A stretch of DNA of 58,178 nt, filler included, from Dirinaria sp. TL-2023a (lineage: Eukaryota), in the NCBI GenBank assembly GCA_051941275.1. It is 6 parts of 6 records of this genome, joined end to end, with 100 filler letters (N's around TTAATTAATTAA, not from the genome) between each part and the next. Parts side by side here need not be neighbours in the genome. Positions count along the whole stretch, not along the records: positions 1 to 9,636 come from JAVEBF010001026.1; positions 9,737 to 19,364 come from JAVEBF010001027.1; 4 more parts are not named here. One strand, written 5' to 3'. Below, piece after piece: positions 1 to 10,243 of this stretch. A program made the position numbers and the translations under genes. The notes beneath the pieces are model-generated. The model saw only the letters and a list, made by a program, of their open reading frames with translations. It had not been told where the DNA came from and did no database searches. Position 1 is the first letter of the stretch; each line of letters starts with the position of its first letter.

Positions 1-189
1 CCCAAAAGCTGCATCCGCTGCCGCAGAACCTGGCACACGCGCGCCTGCACGCGGTGCCAGAACGAAGCGGTCAATTACTGCTCGCCCGAATGCGAGACCA
101 AAGATTACGAATCGCACAAACAGGCGTGTTACGCGGCGTGCGAGGAGACCTGTATCGTGGCTTTGCATGGCATGAGCATTTCCAAGTGA
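1..189 (+). CDS. 3' end of a MYND-type zinc finger protein (partial, 5' end outside window)
   Basis: Frame 1 is open from base 1 to TGA 187-189: PKSCIRCRRTWHTRACTRCQNEAVNYCSPECETKDYESHKQAC..., matching the MYND pattern CxxC..CxxC..YCSxxC..HKxxC. Absent from the ORF track because it has no start codon. Confidence 0.75.
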   Translation, partial: PKSCIRCRRTWHTRACTRCQNEAVNYCSPECETKDYESHKQACYAACEETCIVALHGMSISK

Positions 190-1389
190 AGAGTTTTTTT
201 TTGGTTTTTTGGACTGGTTGATTAGATTGGAGAGATACATCTATTCAATGTTCTTCGAGAAACATGCGCCGTGATGTCAATGGACGAGACGAGAGCGGAT
301 GACGGGATACGATGCCGACGAGGTGCGGTCGGTCAGAGTGCCCGATGGGTAAGTGTTGCACTTTTCGCGAGCTCTGGGTTTTAAGTGGGCGTGAAGGTCT
401 GGATGAGTCGTTTGAGATCCGGATGCCGTGTGTGGGCCCTTCCAGCTCGGAACCTGGATGTGAGTAAGGACGACCCTTTCAGCTCGGACTCCGGCTTTGG
501 TTGACGGCGTGCCTGTGAGCGGAATACCAGATGTGGACGTTCTCGGCCGAACCTGCTGTTATCGTGATTTTTTAAACGATGGGGCTCGGAAAGATGCTTT
601 GTGAGGCGAAGAGCTGACACATTCAGGGAAAAGCGGGTCAGCCAAAGCCAAATTGAAGGGTTTCCGTGATGGAGTTGTGTTGGACTTCGGCTATCAGGGG
701 TAGTGGTTCGACTATTGAATATGCTCTGAAGATTGATCTCTATTCATGTCTGGGTAAAAGGACCGGAATTTGTTGTACGAAACTGCGTCGCATGCTAGAT
801 CCCTCCGCTAATAGATTGACATGTCGGATCTAACACTGCTCGGATAGTTAGAACCCTCTTCTTCATCGCATGCTGCGTTAATGAACTGGATTTGGATGTC
901 CAGACTTTTCAAGACAATACTGACTGTAAGGTATCGTTCTACATTAGCCAACGTGCCTTCTTTTGCTTGTATATCATCATTCGTCCAGTCTAGACGAGTG
1001 TGGTATTTGTATTGGCACCCGATATTGTCAGGTTCTCAACTCTTGCAGAACTAGCCACCCCCCCTCAGTGATAAGTACAATTACATCTCTCGCAGATCTA
1101 GATCCTCAATGTAGAGTAACAGTCGAATGATCCTCAGTCTCGTTTCTTCGCATATGGAATCTCTGCATGTCTCGGCGTCGTCATTCACGGCAAATGGGAG
1201 AAGGTACGGAAAGCGTTGGACGAATGCACGGTCACATTTTGGCATCAGATATCGTGAGGATCCCTCATCGTCGCCAGCGATCAGATATGGAATTGCTTCT
1301 CAACAATTTCGTATTCTTCTGGAAAATGAGGTTGGCGGTAGGAAATTAGGACATGACTGGATTCGCTGACGTCTTTGGCAAATTCATTT

Positions 1390-3242
1390 TCATTCTTGAG
1401 CGCCACGCGTCTCTCCATACAGTCCAAATTTTGCATGATAGAAAGCTTTCACTTCAGAATCTATGCCTCTGTTCAACGTGGGGAGGCTTTCAACCCTTAC
1501 ACCCTCAAGACAGGTTCCCCGGGACAGGGCAACATAGTCGTGACCTTTCTCGAATGTGTCGGCCAGATTCACGGTTACTCTTGGTATAGTCATGCCTTGA
1601 GATTTATGGATCGTGATTGCCCAGCCGGCCGTTAAAGGAACCTGGGTCCGAGAGATGAGGCTCCGTGGCGTTGAATCCCCTAGTTCATTGACCATGCAGA
1701 CGGGGCAAATCGTCCGTACGAGATTGTGATCAAATCGCACGACTGGCCACTTTTTGTCTCTGTTGTCATCGACATAACTCTTCATACGTGCTGACTTGTA
1801 GGAGGCGTGTTCGCCGTTGGTTTCGATGACTTTCCTTGGCTCAGGAGCAGGTGCAAAGCCTACTACCTCACCCTGACTCCCGTTCACCAGACGGTCTTCG
1901 AAACTGAGGTATAGAGCAACTTGACATTCATTCCCACTCTAACGTCAACCTTCTTCTCTAATCTGGCTTCATCGAGAGCGATGAGTGATCCATCCACTGG
2001 GTCACGCTCTTTTTTTGGAGCAAGCTCAAAATGCTCAGGGTTGACCCAAATATCATCTGCACAAGTATATGTTGTGATAGGGGTTTGCAGCTTAGCGAAT
2101 TCCCGATCATTCACCTTCCTTGCGTCGTCTCGCCGAGAGAATAGTTGGGTCCCCCCTTCAACTTGGCAGTCGTGGTTCAACAGTATATTACGAACCTCAT
2201 GGTTCAGCTGTTTTCCCTGTCGAAATTCCTCCAATATTTGGACGAAAGTGGGGTCTTTCTGACGGTGTACGGCGGTAAGGTGGACGTAAACAAAATCGTA
2301 TTCCTCCTAAGCATTGCTCTTGAATGCTCATTGGTTGCTCTTGTTCCAGTCACGATGCTTGACACACCTCTTCTTGTCATTGCTCAATGGCTTTAGCTCC
2401 TACCCGCACTCGAGGCAAAATTGCATAGGTTCCACAGGAGGCAGCTGCAGAAAATCGCCGGCAATGACGACCTGGACGCCTCCAAATGCTACACGATAAT
2501 TACCCCTAGCTTCTTTCATGATCCGATTTAACCGTTCCAAGCAAAAGTTTTCTATCATGGAGATCTCGTCGATAACTAAGACGTCGGTGTTGTTGAGTCT
2601 TTTCCAGACCAGCGTTTTGTGACACGCTTTCAGCAACTCGTCCATGCTGTTCTTCATTGTATCCGGAGTCCATCCAGCATAGCTATATAGAGTTGACCCA
2701 TTGACATTGAGTGCCGCGCGTCCTGTAGGTGCAACGATTTGTACACGCTTGCCCAGGCGTTCCAAGCATTTGACGCGGCGGTTCAAGACAGTAGACTTTC
2801 CAGTTCCTGCCGGTCCGGTGTAAAAGACGTTGCGTCCGCTGATTATGGTATCTACAAGATTGACTTGTTCTTGACAAAGCGGTGGCTCTGAGACCGGGTT
2901 AAGTTCCGATATGGCAAGTGACAGCATGCCTTCCAGCTCTTTATCTTCAAATTCTCTTTCGCCGTCCAAGTCGCCGAAGGGGATATCGTCCTCTTCCAGG
3001 TCGATAATCTGCACCGAATTCTCCTTGTCCTGTGCGGTTTTCTCTTCAGAATCCATGGAAAAGGCCTTTAATCCCTGGTCCTGATGCTTCCGCTTTTTGC
3101 AATCCGGCGCTGGCGATGGGTAGTAGTATTCGTAAGGGCGGAGTATATCGTCAGATCTTTGCCTTTTGTTAACTCGAACGTTGCTGGTCTCTCGCAGCGC
3201 GAGGCTACGCTTGAGAGATTTTGTGTTTGCTTGAGGGACCAT
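1390..3242 (-). pseudogene. Pif1-family (SF1B) DNA helicase, disrupted by 3 in-frame stops and 1 frameshift
   Basis: Walker A GPAGTGKS, APTGRAA, IDEISM, FGGVQVVIAGDFLQLPPV, HRQKD, NGSQG, WAITIHKSQGMT and YVALSR motifs. In-frame stops at 2402-2400 (TAG), 2330-2328 (TGA) and 2309-2307 (TAG). A 1-nt shift near 1910 changes LLY(N)LSFEDRLVNGSQG to LLYTSVSKTVW*. ATG at 3242 is assumed as start. Confidence 0.85.
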
Positions 3243-5833
3243 GCCCTTGTCTGTATACACCAGAAGAGGAGTTTGAGTGTTCGCTCTCTGCCATTTTCCT
3301 ACAGCGCTACATTGTCCAGGAGGGCTTGGGCTGTCAAATGTGTGCGGTACGGACCCTGCAACGCTTGTGATTGTAACTCCTGGTGGGGTACACTGAGAAC
3401 TGTCCTCCTTTGTTACGCTGATACTTTGGCTTCTTCCAATCTCTTGAAGATACGCCGTGAATTCGAGGTGCGCTCGCTCGAGGCCCCCTTCATTAGAATT
3501 GTAGCCGCGGAACTTAGAGCCTGAATAGCCCTTGACTTGTTGCTCAGCTTCAGACCTGAATTAGGGTAAACTCATGTGCCAGTGTACATAAAAGACGCGT
3601 CGGCTTGTCAAGCTTACCAGCTAATGTAAATTCCAGGAGCAAACCCTTCAAAAACGGCATACGCGACTTTTTTCCGCTTTGCCTTACCCATCAGAAATGT
3701 CCAGAACGACTCGGAGAGTCAACTAAGTATGCTGTCTCCAGATTGCTGCAAGCTGGCGCGTATTTGCTCAGACTGCCAATTTGAAACAAGAAGAATAATA
3801 TTTACATTCTGTGAAGCGGAGTTTGCGGAGCCAATTGCCAATTTCGGAACGGCTCAGCGGACCGCCAACCCAGGAGGCTCGAGCAAACCTTCACTTTGAA
3901 TAGAGGGCTGCTAGACTACTGTGTGTCTCGCACAAGTGCATTCGAAGTAAGATAGTCAGTGTGTATATAGTAGAAGGCGATGGTTGGAACACCAGCTTAG
4001 ATAACAGTAAGTCTGGCTCGAATACCCAACTCTTTCGCCGATGATGAGCATACGTTGTTGAAACCTGAACATGAGCTGTGCCATTGCACGTCTCGGAGAT
4101 GACAACCTACCAAAGCTGAGATGGGAACGCTGCCGCAAAGCCTTCATAGACTATCTACGATCTTCTTTTGGTCGCTGGCTAATTGCGAGATCAAGTGATT
4201 GCGCTTCAAACCCAACAACGACACTCCCATGGAAAGGTCCATAACTGGCAAAGGCCTCTTGACTAACAATCCGTCGAGGAGCTCGAAGATCTTGACTGCT
4301 TTACGCGCACGGAAGTGATGGAACAGAACTGCGGGCTGTGAGAGAAGTGTGAAGATTTAAGAGGTGATGCAAGTCCCTTAATCGAGAGACACTCTGCCAA
4401 ACTCAAGATAAGGAAGCATTGGTTTGCTTTGCTCCACATGATATTACTTTCGGTGAGTTTTGGAATATTATATGAAACCGAGTTCGTGTCTATGAGGAAG
4501 CAGCTTATGCTCTTCAACCCACTGATATCAACATTGACGAATCTCCTTCTTGAGCACACCGAGACAATTTCAGTATTGTTTTGTTCTCACAAGAATTGCA
4601 GTTCGTGCCTCACTCATTAACTTACTCCTAAAACAGTTTACGAAGACCCGGCCTAGAACTTCCCGTATGCAGGACCTGGACGGAGCATATCAATCAAGTG
4701 AAGCACAGGAGACAGATAGTGGTTTGTAACCTCACCCAACCGTCAAATGATGGCCTATGACGACAGCATTCATGTCTAGCCATTCTCCGATGGGCCCTTT
4801 CTCTACCAGCATGCAGACAACGAGTAAGAGAACCATCGTGCAGTCAACTCTTCGTCGTAGCGGACAGATATACAGCTATTTCCGTTGCTGCCTCTGGTAA
4901 ACGAACTATATCTCCAACAAATGGCGGAGAGCTTCACCTCAGGCATCCCTGGACCGGCCAATCATCATTGCCTACTGTCAAGGCTTGGAAGCAGACATTT
5001 TCATATTTCTATCTGGGTCCTTTCACTTTCAGGGGATGCTATTGGGTGTTTCTGGTCCAACTGATATCGCACAGGTTATCAAAATGGTGTAATGTACCTT
5101 ATCTTCCTAAATTTGAAGTTGGCGATGTACAGCAGAGACAGCGGCGCTCAGATTTAATCACAATGTAAAGCCGCTAAGGTTTTATGGTAAGTTAGTGAGC
5201 CAACTGTATAGCTCCTCATCTATTTCTCGGTCACGTGGAAAGTCTATTATTCAAGCTCACGGCGTTGCGTTTGGACCTGCTCTCAGTTGAGGCCCGTGCA
5301 TGACCCAGTCTTTTCCTCTTTTCCTCTTTTCCTCGTTTCTAGCACGAGAGCTTTCGAGATATCCCAAAATGTTGTGTACTATACATGTTGGCGAAGAAAA
5401 CGTGTCGTCTGTCAAAGCTTTGATGCTGACTCCAAGAATAATTCAGAGTGTTAGATAATGGCTGTCGCTCGTCGGCGCTGGCTGGAGCTTAAGCCGAACG
5501 CAACCCTATACAGGAGCGTGGGGTCTAGTATATCTATTTCTTGAATTCATTCCAATATTCATCAAGTGTCAGCCGATCATTACACCGCCATTCACTAGGC
5601 GTCATGCCATCACCAGATATGTGATATATTTTGGCGGCGCTCTTTTCCTGCATAGAATGACGCATTGGCGTCTTTGCACTGCTGCGCGCCACCGCGAGTC
5701 TAGAACGGCTAGCTTTGGTCCTTCGAAAGCTTACAAGAGTTTTGCTTTTGGGAGTGCTCATGACTTTGGTTCCAGGAGTACCTAACATCTTCATCGTACC
5801 AGCCAAAGGATCAATCAGTACTACCAGTACGGC

Positions 5834-6892
5834 TTACAGTTTGCTTTTTGTATTTGATGTCTGTGACTGTATTCGCTGAACATCGTTCCTGATTTCCTCG
5901 AGAATTTGCCATGCATGCTGGACTTTCTTCACTAGCCCGACCCCTGTTCCAGCATACGCAGTCAACCTACCGTGCTCCCCCCACCCCTGATCGCCTCTCT
6001 CAAGGGCCTCCTGATACTTCTTTCTGTTCTCTTCAGTCACCTGTCCGTTTTCTGCATCATGAAAGCTTTCGTTAATAATCCCTCTACCGCCATACCGTCC
6101 AGGCCATCCAGTGGTGCCCCTCAAGGTGTCATATACCTTCGTCCTGACAGTGCTGACACTGCCGTCTTTTGACCGAAGGACATCGGCTTGGTACCCAGTC
6201 GTGATATTGACCTCTCTCGATGCTAAGAACCTTGTGCCAATGGCCACACCTTGGGATCCTAGAGCAAGTGCCGCTGCCACTCCTCGGCCTTCCACAATGC
6301 CTCCGGCTGCTACTAGCTTGATATCGCCTTTGCCTGCGTTCTGCAACACGTCTGATATCTCCGGCAGAAGGCTGACGATGCTTGCGGTACGCTCCAGCCC
6401 ATGACCGCCTGCGTCCATGCCCTGGACCACGAGGACGTCCGGATCACAAACCTCAGCAATTTCCAAAGCATCTGCAACCGTTCCGATCTGGATCCATATC
6501 TTTGTCCTCCTATGGGTGATTTCTCTGATGTTGTTTGCCCACAGCACCAGATCTGCATTACGTTTTGGCGCAAACAGCCAAACGGCAGCAGGTATGTTTC
6601 TCTTCAAGGCATTTAAGGCGGTTTCGAGGTCAGCACCCCAATTGATGATGCCCACACCAATGGGCAATACCCCATCTGCAGCTCTCGTGACGGGCGATTC
6701 GGTAAGGAGGGTTTTGGCATGTTGGAGCTGGTTATCAAGATCGCTTACGTTCTCTCCAGCTCCGATGAAGCCGAGGCCTCCGGCTCGAGACACTGCGACT
6801 GCCAACGGAGCAAGGGAAATGAAGCGCATAGGCGCGCAAACAATCAAGGGAGCCTGAGTCCATGGATAGTCGGTATTCAGGGTGGGCGACAT
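5834..6892 (-). CDS. Nitronate monooxygenase / 2-nitropropane dioxygenase family FMN-dependent oxidoreductase
   Basis: Intronless ORF with PLIVCAPM, AVSRAGGLGFIG, VVQGMDAGGHG, AAGGIVEGRGVAAALALG, IGTRFLAS and YAGTGVGLV motifs. First ATG is at 6892 (the track starts at GTG 6898). Confidence 0.92.
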   Translation of the reverse strand: MSPTLNTDYPWTQAPLIVCAPMRFISLAPLAVAVSRAGGLGFIGAGENVSDLDNQLQHAKTLLTESPVTRAADGVLPIGVGIINWGADLETALNALKRNIPAAVWLFAPKRNADLVLWANNIREITHRRTKIWIQIGTVADALEIAEVCDPDVLVVQGMDAGGHGLERTASIVSLLPEISDVLQNAGKGDIKLVAAGGIVEGRGVAAALALGSQGVAIGTRFLASREVNITTGYQADVLRSKDGSVSTVRTKVYDTLRGTTGWPGRYGGRGIINESFHDAENGQVTEENRKKYQEALERGDQGWGEHGRLTAYAGTGVGLVKKVQHAWQILEEIRNDVQRIQSQTSNTKSKL

Positions 6893-7906
6893 CTCCACAA
6901 CGACGCAGTATCCAGCGTCCTATCAAGGCCACAAGCGGGAATCGCCGAGGCGGTCTTCTCAAGTCGCCGCAGACCTGAGTTCATCGTCGCAGGCCATGAC
7001 AAATGTGACCGCAGATGACCTGCATCCCCATAATCACGGCTGTCCACGGAAATTGGCTGTAGGGCCTGCATGAGCCGGGAGGAACAGCGCAACATGGTGT
7101 CAAGAATAGCTAGCGCGGCCCAATAATCCGCGGTCTTGGCAAGTCTAGATGTGGCTGAAAACATCCATAAAGTCCGTTACGGTAGGTAAAGTACCTTCTT
7201 TGCAGACTTCATTTTCACTTCACTTCTCAATTTTTGGCTATCATCAATCGTTTGGGAATTATTCTTCATGCTTTGGGCTTGCAAACATCCACTCGCAACT
7301 ACACACCTTTATTATATTGGAGCCATTCTGAATTTGACCTTTCTTGGTCTATCCCAAGTCGAAGCGAAGAAAAACTAGAAATCGGACAGTTGAATCGATG
7401 TTTGGAAGAAGCCCAGAGATTCAGACAGGGAAATGAACGCTCCAGATAGGTCAGTCCTCAGATCTCCCGCTGTGACTGCCAAAAGTGTCCATCACCCAGA
7501 CCCGCCCAGGCCTGTTGCCAAGATCCAGGAATGACGCAGCAAAGAAATTTGTTGTGATGCTCTCAAATGTTTGCAAGAGACTGGTTTTGGGTGGCGTGAT
7601 GGAAGGCGCGCGCAGCTGACGCGCTGTGTCGAACCAACAACAACCACCTGAAATAGCCCGAGTGCTATGTCAACATGTCTGGCCAACCCCCTTGTCTCTT
7701 CATAACACCCTTCAAAGCCATTTCTCTCCTTTGCGTTCTCGTAACACCATTGAAATCCACACAGCATCTTCACTCGTCAGAGGAATTTCCTACATAAAGT
7801 GCATATTGTATTCCCATACTGTGACATCATGTCTCATCTGTTATCCCGTCCCTTTATCGTCAACCACTACGCCCATTTGCAGCACAACCCACGCCATAAC
7901 TGGAAC

Positions 7907-8549
7907 ATGGTGCCCTTCGTGCCTGATGGGCCCAGGAGAGCAAAGCTTGCATCGGAGACTAACGTCCCCGAAAGCTTTGAACTCTTCATCCTCGGCGACA
8001 ATGAGAAGAAAGTCACTGAGGAAATTGATACCCGTAAGTCGCTCTGCACCTTTCCTACAATGTATGGTAGTAGCTACACATTGTGCACTTGCTACCGCCT
8101 GCTATCTCCACCATTCTAATCAAACTTTGTTACAGGCATACCCTCAACTTCTATCTTCACATTCAACAAAGAAGACCACACACTGGGCAACATGATCCGC
8201 GCTCGCCTTCTGCAGAACCGTCACGTCAACTTCTCCGGCTACAAAGTTCCTCACCCACTGGTTGCGTATGTCTACCACTCAATGTTTAGACTTACCTTTC
8301 ATTGTCTTGATGCCGCTCACTCCACTCAAAGACCCTAAATCTGTGTCGAAGAACCCGATCTAACATGGATTCAGGTCATTCGAACTCCGAGTTGGCACCG
8401 ATGGCTCCATATCGCCTAGAGCAGCAGTTGTGCAGGCATGCCGCGAACTCGTGACGGATCTGGGGACGATGAACCGCGAGTTCACCAAGGAGTATGAGCT
8501 CCGCAAGATGGTATCGGAGGGGATGAACGGAAATTCAAATGGCATATGA
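7907..8549 (+). CDS. RPB11: DNA-directed RNA polymerase II subunit RPB11; exons 7907-8033, 8136-8265, 8375-8549
   Basis: Spliced product ..[88 protein letters not shown].. carries the EDHTLGN and GYKVPHPL signatures. Introns GTAAGT..CAG (8034-8135) and GTATGT..CTAAC..CAG (8266-8374). Start uncertain (ATG 7907 or 7829). Confidence 0.93.
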
Positions 8550-8985
8550 GAATCTCACGCTGTTATCAAGACTCTCTGGTGGTGTTTAGGGAGGAGTTGG
8601 GGTCTCTATGGGATAGATGCATGGAGGCGAGGTCACAATGATTTTGCCAAACGGGTACACGATTTTGTTGACAAAGTGTGCCACCAAGAAAAAAAAATTT
8701 AGTCCCTGCACTCACATAACCAACCGAAGCCGGTTTTATCTGGCAATGGCAGAACTAGCCATGAGGACGCAGCTTTCAACCAGCGCATCTCATCACCTTA
8801 AAGTGAAGCATTCTACCAGGCTAGCAGACAAAGGCAAAGGCCGATTCTCTTCGGGCTGATATAATAACCAGTCACCCAATACATACGAATTTGACCAGGG
8901 TATCTCTGCGTACATCCAGCATCCAAAAAAATTCACACGCCAGCGCTGCAAAAACGTAAGCTATTCCCTATCCAACCCAACCCGA

Positions 8986-9636
8986 TCACAGCACCATCGC
9001 CCACACCAAAGCCACAAGCACGACTCCAACCCCCCACAACCGCCCGCTCCGCACATCCACCCCCTCGCTCTTGGCACCCTTCACCAAACCCTGCACATTC
9101 TTCCCAAAAGCCCCCACCACATTGCCAGGGGGATAATACTCACACACCAAGTACCAGCCCTCGGTCCTCCCCTGGCGCCCATCACATTTCCGGTCGCCGC
9201 AACCCACACTCGTCGTGCCCTTCCAGACCAACTGCGTGAAATGTCCCGTCCGCTCACTGAACCCGCCGTTGCCGAAATCATACTCTTTACTCTCGTTGCC
9301 CCAGGCGTAGACCGCCGCGCTGGCGTTGCCGTAGCCCGCAGCCAGGTTCTCCCCGTAGCGCCCGTGCTCCGAGTGCGCGAATATGCAGCCTGCCGCGTGG
9401 TCGCTGGCGTAGTTTGCGAGCGAGGTGTTCCAGGTTAGAGAGCTGGCGTTGTGCGCGCTGCGGTAGCTGTTTGTGATGCTGAGGATTGTGGAGCGGAAGG
9501 TGGAGGGGTTGGTGTAGGAGGCGGAGGAGGCGGAGGTGGAGGAGGGGTCCGAGGCGAGGATTGTGGTTGTTGCTGTTGTTTTTAGGGTTGAGATGGAGGG
9601 TGCGGAGGTGAGGATCGGGGTGGGGAAGAGGAAGAG
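8986..9636 (-). CDS. CAP/SCP/PR-1 (Pry1-like) secreted protein with hydrophobic C-terminus (possible GPI signal); 5' end lost at the gap
   Basis: Open minus-strand frame with HNSYRSAH, LTWNTSLA, GENLAAGY, GHFTQLVWKGTTSVGCG and LVCEYYPPGN motifs, a Ser/Thr-rich N-proximal stretch, and a hydrophobic tail LWGVGVVLVALVWAMVL. Confidence 0.9.
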   Translation of the reverse strand, partial: LFLFPTPILTSAPSISTLKTTATTTILASDPSSTSASSASYTNPSTFRSTILSITNSYRSAHNASSLTWNTSLANYASDHAAGCIFAHSEHGRYGENLAAGYGNASAAVYAWGNESKEYDFGNGGFSERTGHFTQLVWKGTTSVGCGDRKCDGRQGRTEGWYLVCEYYPPGNVVGAFGKNVQGLVKGAKSEGVDVRSGRLWGVGVVLVALVWAMVL

Positions 9637-9736
9637 NNNNNNNNNNNNNNNNNNNNNNNNNNNNNNNNNNNNNNNNNNNNTTAATTAATTAANNNNNNNN
9701 NNNNNNNNNNNNNNNNNNNNNNNNNNNNNNNNNNNN
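9637..9736. other. Artificial contig spacer N44-TTAATTAATTAA-N44
   Basis: 100-nt N run with a central 12-mer giving stops in all six frames; identical at five positions. Confidence 0.97.
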
Positions 9737-9789
9737 GAGGGATCCACGGTGCGAGAACTGGTAGGAGGATGGTGGCGGGGGGCGCTTAC

Positions 9790-10243
9790 ATTTGGGCAGC
9801 AATAGCCGTTGGTCAAGCAGTAGCTCCCACCAGGGCAGCCATCTGAGAGCTATCGTTAGTGACACAGATACTTCTAGATATCGTCTCTTGCCGTTGCTAA
9901 TAAAATGAAGGAATAAAAAAAGAAAAAGGAAAGGTTCGTCTCTTCTCCAGTCCACGCGCCACTGCATACTACATATCTTTGGAAAGTCCACGTGTATATA
10001 AAGGGGATACATACAGCCCTCAGCACAGCATACATCCCCAAGACTAGGCGTGACACAGTACGGCAAGCCGTTAAATGTACCCGGACATTGGACCTCATTC
10101 GACGCGCAGCCCTGTTCTAGATTCGTGGGCGGCACAAAGGAACTGCCTCCCTGGCGAGCGTAGAGATGGTGAGCAGCATTGGCCATGACTCCATTCGCGA
10201 GTGCAGGGCTGGTTAGAGCGGCCAGGGCGAGGAGAGAGTGCAT
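9790..10243 (-). CDS. Small secreted Cys-rich protein (5' part; exons 10243-10015, 9842-9790; truncated at contig end)
   Basis: Signal peptide MHSLLALAALTSPALA, a possible processing site (YAR/Q), then CASNEVQC..YCVTPSLGDVCCAEG|YGCPGGSYCLTNGYCCPN after splicing a GTATGT..CTAAC..CAG intron (10014-9843). The next donor GTAAGC at 9789 runs into the gap. Confidence 0.75.

Noticed and set aside
2307..2403. GTAGGA...TTAG intron that would remove the three Pif1 stops
   Set aside because: The 97-nt excision shifts the frame and deletes conserved-looking coding sequence.
1390..3242. Helitron or other transposon encoding the Pif1 helicase
   Set aside because: No Rep/HUH or transposase ORF, terminal hairpin-CTRR end or TIRs could be recognised nearby.
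9681..9692. TTAATTAATTAA palindromes recurring every ~9.7 kb, read as a genomic element (piggyBac TTAA sites, periodic repeat)
   Set aside because: Always centred in exactly 44+44 Ns, so it is a synthetic linker.
8986..10243. CAP gene and Cys-rich secreted gene as one gene spanning the gap
   Set aside because: They lie on different concatenated contigs, and their domains are unrelated.
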